Source: Macrostomum lignano (taxonomy: Eukaryota). Taken from it: DNA of 64,000 nt. Shown here piece after piece: positions 13,301 through 22,870 of this stretch (position 1 is the stretch's first letter; the number at the start of each line of letters is the position of its first letter). The notes under the pieces are model-generated. The model was given only the letters and a program-made list of their open reading frames with translations, was not told the origin of the DNA and made no database searches. The position numbers and the translations under genes are program-made. Where the stretch lies: the NCBI GenBank assembly GCA_002269645.1, contig NIVC01000738.1, positions 186,001-250,000 of the forward strand. The letters run 5' to 3'.

Positions 13301-15040
13301 CTGATCCTGAATATGGCTATCTGATCCTGAATATGGCTATCTGACCTGAATATGGCTATCTGACCTGAATATGGCTATCTGACCTGAATATGGCTATCTG
13401 ATCCTGAATATGGCTATCTGATCCTGAATATGGTTATCTGATCCTGAATATGGCTATCTGACCTGAATATGGCTATCTGACCTGAATATGGCTATCTGAC
13501 CTGAATATGGCTATCTGATCCTGAATATGACTATCTGATATGGCTATCTGATATGGCTATCGGATCCTGAATATGGCTATCGGATCCTGAATATGACTAT
13601 CTGATATGGCTATCTGATCCTGAATATGACTATCTGATATGGCTATCTGATATGGCTATCGGATCCTGAATATGGCTATCTGATCCTGAATATGACTATC
13701 TGATATGGCTATCTGATATGGCTATCGGATCCTGAATTTGGCTATCTGACCTGAATATGGCTATCTGACCTGAATATGGCTATCTGACCTGAATATGGCT
13801 ATCTGATCCTGAATATGACTATCTGATATGGCTATCTGATATGGCTATCGGATCCTGAATTTGGCTATCTGACCTGAATATGGCTATCTGACCTGAATAT
13901 GGCTATCTGACCTGAATATGGCTATCTGATCCTGAATATGACTATCTGATATGGCTATCTGATATGGCTATCGGATCCTGAATATGGCTATCGGATCCTG
14001 AATATGACTATCTGATATGGCTATCTGATCCTGAATATGACTATCTGATATGGCTATCTGATATGGCTATCGGATCCTGAATTTGGCTATCTGACCTGAA
14101 TATGGCTATCTGACCTGAATATGGCTATCTGACCTGAATATGGCTATCTGATCCTGAATATGACTATCTGATATGGCTATCTGATATGGCTATCGGATCC
14201 TGAATATGGCTATCGGATCCTGAATATGACTATCTGATATGGCTATCTGATCCTGAATATGACTATCTGATATGGCTATCTGATATGGCTATCGGATCCT
14301 GAATTTGGCTATCTGACCTGAATATGGCTATCTGACCTGAATATGGCTATCTGACCTGAATATGGCTATCTGATCCTGAATATGACTATCTGATATGGCT
14401 ATCTGATATGGCTATCGGATCCTGAATATGGCTATCGGATCCTGAATATGACTATCTGATATGGCTATCTGATCCTGAATATGACTATCTGATATGGCTA
14501 TCTGATATGGCTATCGGATCCTGAATTTGGCTATCTGACCTGAATATGGCTATCTGACCTGAATATGGCTATCTGACCTGAATATGGCTATCTGATCCTG
14601 AATATGACTATCTGATATGGCTATCTGATATGGCTATCGGATCCTGAATATGGCTATCGGATCCTGAATATGACTATCTGATATGGCTATCTGATCCTGA
14701 ATATGACTATCTGATATGGCTATCTGATATGGCTATCGGATCCTGAATTTGGCTATCTGACCTGAATATGGCTATCTGACCTGAATATGGCTATCTGACC
14801 TGAATATGGCTATCTGATCCTGAATATGACTATCTGATATGGCTATCTGATATGGCTATCGGATCCTGAATATGGCTATCGGATCCTGAATATGACTATC
14901 TGATATGGCTATCTGATATGGCTATCGGATCCTGAATATGGCTATCGGATCCTGAATATGGCTATCTGATCCTGAATATGACTATCTGATATGGCTATCT
15001 GATATGGCTATCGGATCCTGAATTTGGCTATCTGATCTGA
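10326..15040. repeat. 4.7-kb compound satellite (about 20-bp modular units) with higher-order repeats
   Basis: Unit drifts from CTGCCACTCTGAAACTGAAT through CTGACTATCTGATCCTGTAT to ATGGCTATCTGA(T)CCTGAAT; about 560-bp duplication near 11.6-12.6 kb; 222-bp period at 13857-14745. Confidence 0.96.
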
Positions 15041-15124
15041 ATGCGGCAGATTGCATACCCTGCTGAACTTATAGTGCCCGGTTTTTATTTACTTAAATTT
15101 TTCTCGAAGCCACTGCTCTCACAG

Positions 15125-15227
15125 ACAGTTCCACGCTCGCATTACAGAGAGGTGTGACTCAGTCCCAACACTTCGAGAGCGCCCGGATGGAGAGTCGCCG
15201 AAATCGAGGGTCGCCTTGAGTCGCTAA
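15125..15227 (+). CDS. Candidate terminal exon of the RhoGEF (option B)
   Basis: CTCTCACAG acceptor ends at 15124; phase-2 frame gives QFHARITERCDSVPTLRE...SR*; AATAAA at 15361. Compatible with the 8159 donor. Confidence 0.3.
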
Positions 15228-15988
15228 AGAAGCCAAAGACACCCACAGCCAGCAGCCCAGCCCGCGGTCCGCATGATTTATCCCCACAAATCCCACACTT
15301 ACTACTCACTTCACTGTATTGCACACTGAACTGTCCATTCGAATTAACATGGCTTGCAAAAATAAACATAGCAAATTTTCCGAGTTTGGAAACTTGGAAT
15401 GGCAACTGGCTAATGCAAAAATGATATGTTTTATTAAGCCACACAATAAAAACGGCATCGATAAGTAGAATGTGCTACTAATATGTAAACAGTAGTATGT
15501 TTGTTATAGTGAAAGTAAAAAGCAATTTAGTTAATGGTTTACTAAATATAATGAGACAATACTGAGGTGAAGATCAAGATATTGAGTTCTGTATAACCTG
15601 TACACCTGTGCAACACGGGCAGCATCAGAAACTGCGGCTTGCTGGTAAAAATGCTCAGCTTTTTAATTAACAATAAATGGCAATAACTGCGCGAGAGTTG
15701 ATCAATTTACAGCGGCTTAACTGGTGATTACTAGATAGATTACAGCTGTGAGCGATACTGAATTAATAGTGCATAGGAGGTCACACAGCGGCTGCGGGGC
15801 ACAGGCCTGAAAGAACAGTGTATTACCCAATGCTTTAAACTAAGGGCATAGTTTTGATTGAAACATTTATATTTCCGCTTTCTAGTTCAATTCTTTTTTT
15901 TAATTCTGATTGAAATCAACTTTCAGTCTCCAGAGAGTTCTGGAGAACCTATTCAGCTAGTGTAGACGAACAGGTCTCGAATTTGCTT

Positions 15989-16465
15989 TCATACGCCACC
16001 GCCGCTGTGCTTGTCCTGGAAGCTGCGCTTGGTCCGGGCAAACTCCGCCCGGTTCGGCCACTGGGCCGCCGCCAAGGCGTTCAGCGGGCTGCTGTTGTTG
16101 GGCTCGGCCAGCAGGGCCCGCACGGACAGCAGCACAGTCCGCACGGTGTACAGGGCGCTCCACTTCTCGCGCAGGATGTCCAGGCAGATGTTGCCCAGCT
16201 GGTCAACGTTGGGGTGAAAGCAGGGCGTGGTGAAGCGGACGGCCGGGCCGCGGAACGGGTAGTCTGCGGGGAACTCCAGCGACAGCTTGTAGACGTCGCC
16301 TTCGTACGGCGAGTCGTCCGGGCCGCGCAGCGTAGCCGTCCATTTGGCGAGGCTCTCGCCGTCTGGGAAGGCCGTGGCGCCGGCGTCGCCGCCGCAGGAC
16401 ATGAGCTCCAGCAGCTCCTTCTGCAGCCGGCGACTCAGGCTGTCCGAAATGCCGCTGCCCGACAT
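15989..16465 (-). CDS. UBE2C: Ubiquitin-conjugating enzyme E2 C (UbcH10/vihar-like), single exon, 158 aa
   Basis: RRLQKELLELM, AFPDGESLAKWTATLRGP, YKLSLEFPADYPF, FHPNVDQLGNICLDIL (active-site Cys), KWSALYTVRTVLLS, EPNNSSPLNALAA match the UBE2C family. Confidence 0.93.
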   Translation of the reverse strand: MSGSGISDSLSRRLQKELLELMSCGGDAGATAFPDGESLAKWTATLRGPDDSPYEGDVYKLSLEFPADYPFRGPAVRFTTPCFHPNVDQLGNICLDILREKWSALYTVRTVLLSVRALLAEPNNSSPLNALAAAQWPNRAEFARTKRSFQDKHSGGGV

Positions 16466-16617
16466 TCGCTGCTGGCTGCTGCTCTGCTGTCAGGTGGGAA
16501 ACTGGGGAGTCAGCGAGAGCGCAATAACAGCTGTAAGGTTTAGTGAGCGCTGGGCAGGTGAAAACTATGAGATTCTCATGGGCTGGATTCTAACATAGGT
16601 TGAGATTGCCTAACTGT

Positions 16618-16800
16618 AGTGAGATTATCTGAGCTGCAAATTAATCTAAGGGTGAGATTATCTGAGCTGCAAATTAATCTAAAGGTGAGATTATCGGAGC
16701 TGAAAATTAACCCAAGGATGAGATTATCGGAGCTGCAAGGTAATCTAAGGATGAGATTATCCAAGCTGCAGGTAAGGGTGAGACTATCAAACTGTAAATA
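16618..16800. repeat. Degenerate minisatellite, 33-bp unit
   Basis: GAGATTATCTGAGCTGCAAATTAATCTAAGGGT, about 5 copies. Confidence 0.85.
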
Positions 16801-17294
16801 AATATAGAACGGTTGAGATGGCCAGATCGGGACTACATGACCTAAGCTGGTAGAAAATGAATATAACAGGTGCAAGACAATTGAGCTAATCAAAATCGAC
16901 AGACCTGGCAGCATGAATTCCCATGCCCCCAGGCCCGTCAAGGATATTTGCGCATGCCAATAAGAATTCCTTGTACCGGAAAAACGGCTTGAAAACAAAA
17001 GTTACATGGCAGATGAAACATCAGTCAGACAGGTGCTTTACGCATTCAAAAGTAGGAAAATTTAAATTAACATAAAACGGAAACCAGCAAAAGGCAAATA
17101 ACTAGAAGCAGCAAGATTCGCGCCACAAGCAATTTATTCGATTTGAAATTTGGCCAACGGCTTTGATCTGAGAACTAACCGGCCCGAATGCTGCAAGAAG
17201 AGCAAAAAAGGAAAACCGCAGCCAAAGTCCACAAGATGATTGCAACAGCAGCAGCCGTTGGTGAATTTTTGATAATCCACTGTCACGCAAAGGC

Positions 17295-17885
17295 CAGAGC
17301 AAGGTCACCCAATGATCAGCCCAAGGTCAACCAAGGATCAGCCCAAGGATCATCCGAAGGTCACCCAAGGATCATCTCAAGGTCACGCAAGGATCAGTCT
17401 AATGTCACCCAAGGATCAGCCCAGTGTCGCCCAAAGGTCATCCCAAAGTCTCCCAAGGATCCTCCCAAGGTCAACCAAGGATCAGCCCAAGGTAAACCAA
17501 GGATCAGCCCAAGGTCAACCAAGGATCAGCCCAAGGTAAACCAAGGATCAGCCCAAGGTCAACCAAGGATCAGCTCAAGGTCACTTAAGGTCGGCCAAGG
17601 TCAACCAAGGATTAGCCTAAGGTCACCCAAGGATCAGCCCAAGGTCACCCAATGATCAGTCCAGTGTCACCCAAAGGTCAGCTCAAGGTCAGCTGAGCCT
17701 CAGTCCAGTGTCACCAAAGGTCAGCTCAAGGTCAGCTGAGCCTCAGTCCAGTGTCACTCAAAGGTCAGCTCAAGGTCAGCTGAGCCTCAGTCCAGTGTCA
17801 CCCAAAGGTCAGCTCAAGGTCAGCTGAGCCTCAGTCCAGTGTCACCCAAAGGTTAGCTCAAGGTCAGTTGAGCCTCAGTCCAGCT
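17295..17885. repeat. Tandem repeats in the FNTA 3' region
   Basis: CAAGGATCAGCCCAAGGTCAAC-type short units at 17295-17655, then about 5 copies of a 43-44-bp unit (CAGTCCAGTGTCACCCAAAGGTCAGCTCAAGGTCAGCTGAGCCT) that overlaps the FNTA stop codon. Confidence 0.88.
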
Positions 17886-19395
17886 CCGGCTGCACCAGCC
17901 CTTCTTGAAGCTCGGGCATCTGTCCGCCGTGGCGAGCATGCAGGTCGCCAGCCACAAACAGCCAGTAGCGCCTGCGGATCCGATCGGCCTTGGTGGCCAG
18001 CAGGTGCAGCAGCCGCAGCGCCTCGGTGGCCACAGACTCGCGGGTCTCGCCCTCGGCCAGCGGACAGCGCCTGTCCAACTGGTCGGCCCGATAGTCGGCC
18101 AGGAAGGCCAGCAGGTGCGGACAGCCGGCCTCCGTAGCCAGCAGCTCCCGGCAGAACTGCAGCAGGCGGGGACAGTCAGCCAGGCCGGTGTCCAGGTGCA
18201 GGCCGCGCAAGAAGCTCCAGGCGCTCTCGTTATTCGGACACTGGCCGATCCAGTTCAGCGCGAACTCGGTCTCGGCAGCCACCACATCGGGGGTCAGGCC
18301 GCTGGCTTCGCCATTCCGGTTGGCCAGCACGAAGTGGCGCTGGTGCCAGGCGGAGTTGTTGCGGACATCCGTGCCGATGAGCAGCTCCGTGTAGGCCAGC
18401 TCCCGCTCCCACAGGTTGAAGTGCCTGATGGCCCACTGCCGGTGCTCCCAGGCGTGGTAGTTCTTCGAGTCCTCGGTCAGCACCTCGCCTGCGGGTAGCG
18501 GCAGTGCGGGGGAATCATGGCACTGCTCAGGACTCAAGTCTAAAACAGTGGAGAGAGTAGCGGCAGTGTGGGGGAATCATGGCACTGCTCAGCAGGACTC
18601 AAGTCTATAACAGTACAGTATTGGCGCGCTTGCACTATGTGCTCAGCAGAGCCAATTGTGGAACGATGTCGAAGGCGTTGCTACACTGTGTCCAGCAACC
18701 CCAGCAACCCACACAGCCATATCAGCAACCCTCACCAGTCAGCTCCAGCTCCGAGGTGCCGTCAGCAACCCACACAGCCAATATCAGCAACCCTCACCAG
18801 TCAGCTCCAGCTCCGAGGTGCCGTCAGCAACCCACACAGCCAATATCAGCAACCCTCACCAGTCAGCTCCAGCTCCGAGGTGCCGTCAGCAACCCACACA
18901 GCCAATATCAGCAACCCTCACCAGTCAGCTCCAGCTCCGAGGTGCAGTCAGCAACCCACACAGCCAATATCAGCAACCCTCACCAGTCAGCTCCAGCTCC
19001 GAGGTGCCGTCAGCCCCCGACAGCCTCGTGGCCACCCAGCGCCGGTGGTACCAGACCTGGTAGTTCTTCTGATTGCGCAGGATGATGCCGCGCACCAGCT
19101 TCATCTCCGCCTCCATGTCGCCGTCCAGGCTGGCCAGGATGGCTCGCCGGTAGCTCCAGGTGGTGTAGTTCGCGGGGTTCAGCTCGATGGCGTCGGCGGT
19201 GAGCGCCAGGGCCCGCTGCGAGCGCTCATCCGCCCGCATGCAGGCGCGCAGGTAGTCGTGCACGTCGGAGAATTTCTCAGTGTAGGCGATGCGCAGCACC
19301 GTGCGCTCGGACTCGTCCTGCTTCAGCGGGGTCACGTCCGCCCAGTCGGGCCGGTCCCGGTACAGAACCCAGCCGCCTGCTGCTGTTGCTGACAT
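17875..19395 (-). CDS. FNTA: Protein farnesyltransferase/geranylgeranyltransferase type-I alpha subunit, 2 exons
   Basis: Exon 1 19395-18984 (YRDRPDWADVTP, LNPANYTTWSYRR, QKNYQVWYHRR); phase-1 GTGAGG...CCGCAG intron; exon 2 18488-17875 (DSKNYHAWEHRQW, DVRNNSAWHQRHF, PNNESAWSFLRG, DRIRRRYW); PFTA repeats. Confidence 0.94.
18705..19015 (-). repeat. 62-bp tandem repeat containing the FNTA exon-1 3' end and donor
   Basis: Five copies; donor GTGAG (plus-strand CTCAC) at 18731, 18793, 18855, 18917, 18979. Confidence 0.93.
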
Positions 19396-20789
19396 CGCTG
19401 CCGCTGCTACTGGTTCAATTAGGTGCTGGCTTTGGCACTTGACATGAATTCGAGAAGCTCCTGTGAATATCTGCTCCCATAATCTGTCGATGCTACTAAT
19501 ATTAGGAACATCAGACCATTGAAAGTGAAATATTTTTATTAGTTTTCAAATTTACAGTAAACTTTTAAATGTACGGTCTATATGCTACTAAAAATGTCAA
19601 GTCATCCAGAAATCATCTTTTTGTTACGACTAATCATAATTTTTAAAAGCACTTAAACTTTCTTAACAGGGAGGAAGTGCTTCCAAAATCTTTTTTATGA
19701 AATTCAAAAACACCAGAATTGAAATTTTAAACTGTTTTAGATTCTCCACATTTTAACAGAAACTCATGAGCCATAACCAGATCAAGACTATCAAGCAGTG
19801 ATGAAATTCGTGAGGAAAGTCAGGACATGACCTAGGTGCCCCCAATGTCTAAGTGGGATTTTGTCAAAAATATGGTTGCAATATCCAATAGTTAAAGTTA
19901 AAAGTAAAAAATGGATTTTTTTGCAACACCTATTTATCTCCCCAGGATCCTTAAGTGAGTTCAAGTCCTAAGCTTGAGATACTCACAAGCAATACAAGCA
20001 TAAAAACAGAAATAATTTTTTTAATTGCTAATATTAAATATAGTATAATATATAGTATAATATATATAATATAGTACTTTGTTTTTGAAAGAATTGTCTT
20101 TCAATTTTTCCCATTAGGCCTATTAAAAGATCTATTGGCTTTAGCAATCATAGTTTATAGTTTGATTGCTATTATCAACTTAAAAGTAACATTTTAAAAT
20201 AGTTATAGGTAAACTAGCATACAATAAATTGCATAATTAAGACTAGCCTTCCTTATGGGCTATATTTATCAAGCATAAGCCCAGGGACTACTGCCTTGCA
20301 TAAGCCTAGCAGCAATATATTATTAATTTTTGCCTTCCTAAGCATTGAGTTAATACAAGTTACAGATAAGGATTATATTTAATTATTTGATATAACATAT
20401 TATACGCATTTTCACCAATAATACAATATGTTATATTGTGAAAAGCTTATAAAAGTCCTTTAATCAACCTTAACAAAATTTCAAGTGTCTCATTACTAGA
20501 CTATTGTCATCTAATAAAAAGAAGAAAACTTCAATTATATTTGTACACAATTCAAGGCAGAGACAGGGGCAGAGGCAAAGACCAATGCTGTTGCAATGGC
20601 TGATGCTAAGGCTAATACTAAGGTAGAGGCCAATGCTAAGGTAGATGCTAAGTCTGATTCTAAGGCAAAGGCTATGCTAAGGCTGATGCTAAGACAGAGG
20701 CTAATACTAAGGCTGAAATCTCCAGCTAGCAACATGGAGCCATATAGCAAAGAGATCTTGTTTCCTCCTATGGATATATACTAGGATGT

Positions 20790-22870
20790 GATGCAATGGA
20801 GAAAACAGATGTTTGAAATACTAGAAATGTATGGTTAGCAACAACACTATTCAGTACAATGGCAGCATCAGGGATTCCCCATATGATAAATATTATCCAC
20901 AGATATAACTGCGAGCAAATGCAGATAGTGTTCTATGCAAACAGATTGCTCAAAAAGTAAAGCAAGATGCAAGAGAGAAAAGTATATGTTGGCAAAAGCA
21001 ATTGTAGAGGAAGCTGTCAGTAGTCATATTGATGAATTCTATCTTCAAGTGCCATATATAAAGCACCTGGCAGGCCAAGCCAATTGACTTCAACAGAAAG
21101 ACCAGAATTAGCACCTACCAATATTTGTATTTAAGCTAACTAGAGACAATATCCCACAACTATTTCTATATGCAAATGTGCCTATTGCATGCATAGGCAA
21201 GAGGCAAATTATTTCAAGAAAGGAACAGCTAATAGCACTTGGCCATTGCACCCAATGGTTCCTTGAACCATAGTGGTATATTTAATGTTTTCAAGGAGAT
21301 ATTCATATGGCTATATAGCACTCATGGTATTCAAGCTAGTAGTATATAGTGCATCAGTCTTCTAGCCAATTTTTAATATGTCTAGTTAAGCAAAACTAGA
21401 TTATGTGGCTATATTTGGCTCCTTGAAATGCTTGCTTGGTTCCACATATGATGCATACTATAATAGACTTTGAGGCAGCAACATAACAAGTACATTCTCA
21501 AACATTCTTAAAGATCATTGTCAATAGCTGTGTATTTCACCAAGCTATCTATAATCACATTGAGCTATTAGCTCTAATTTAAGCATATTCTATTAGACAT
21601 AGCTATGCAAATATTGTGTTGCCAACTTGAAGCACTACTATATCTGCCATTTGGAAAGATAAAAGCTACATTTAAAGCACTCTGACCATAGGCAACAATG
21701 CTATAATTGACTGAGCTATGTAATTACGAGGGGTGTCCAAAAAGTAGTGATACTTTTAACTGTAGCTCTTGTTCTATAGCTTCCTGTGATTTAAAATTTT
21801 ATGAATTGATAGCGGCAAATCTCTTCTACAGACTGCTTTTTTAATTTTTAAAATTGATACCAGAGAACAAAAGTTATACCCATGAAAGTAAGAGTACCTA
21901 TATCATAGAGTTACACAAATTATAGGCTTGTCCAACCTATCAGTGATCTCTCTAATGGTCATTTGGGAGTCCTTGTCAAGAAGATCCAGAATGGAGTCTG
22001 CCAGTACATCAGGTTGATGAACGTATGGCTGCCCCGTCCGATGCTGATCTGCCAAGTCAGTCCTTCCCTCACTGAACTGCTCCATCTATCGATAAACTAT
22101 CATTTTGCTGACCACAGAGGATCCATGCGCAGAGCAAAGTTTTGCGTGAATTTCTGAGGCACTATGGCCAGCACCCCAAAGAGTGAAGATAGTACTTTGC
22201 TGAGCAACAACTGAGTGCACATCCATGTGTGTTGTCGAGTATGGGCAATGAAATCAATTGCAAAATGCAAGCTCCTCTGTTTGCAAGTAAAGTAATGAAT
22301 TTAATGCTTTATTTTTCTGCGCATGATTCTGTCCATAGACAGATTTCAGTTAGTCACAATGAGCATCATTTTGCAATTGGGCTTTGGTATTGCTTAAACA
22401 AGACATTTATCGATGCCTTCTTAATGAATAAGTGCAAAAGTCAACTAATTTTGATATAGTTTGTGTAACTCTATGATACAGGTACTGTTACTTTCATGGG
22501 TATAACTTTTGTTCTCTGGTATCAATTTTAAAAATTAAAAAAGCAGTCTGTAGAAGAGATTTGCCGCTATCAATTCATAAAATTTTAAATCACAGGAAGC
22601 TATAGAACGAGAGCTACGGTTAAAAGTATCACTACTTTTTGGACACCCTTGTATATTGACTAGACATAGATATGGCTATCATACCTAGTCTTGTCTATAA
22701 AGTTGCTATTAGCATAGCAATAGATTGATAGAATAATGCTATTAAAAGTTGACACTCTATTCAATGCAAGCATATTGATATTTGCATGAACATTTTTACA
22801 CTGATTAGCCTCTTGGCAGAGCAGACTCATATTCTGAGACTGCAAATTTGATAGCTGGTATCTCTTCCTA
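20790..22870 (+). pseudogene. Mutator-like (MULE) transposase relic, heavily C->T/G->A mutated, interrupted by a mariner derivative
   Basis: GCC AAT TGA CTT CAA CAG AAA GAC CAG (21079) reads as ANRLRQKDR; DFE (21466) to C-x-FH (21529) has the 21-codon spacing of the MULE DDE core; after the insertion AAT AAT GCT ATT AAA AGT TGA CAC (22732) reads as NNAxEGWH. Confidence 0.75.
21727..22651 (-). mobile_element. Internally deleted mariner (Tc1/mariner) element
   Basis: About 165-170-bp TIRs (CGAGGGGTGTCCAAAAAGTAGTGATAC...), TA on both flanks; N-terminal HTH transposase remnant 22226-21903 (MDVHSVVAQQSTIFTLW...SASEIHAKLCSAHG...VYR*MEQFSEGRTDLADQHRTGQP...TIREITDRL). Confidence 0.9.

Noticed and set aside
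17905-19392. Plus-strand ORFs of 197 and 274 aa (and 15983-16543)
   Set aside because: Antisense shadows of GC3-rich FNTA/UBE2C coding sequence and the intron repeat.
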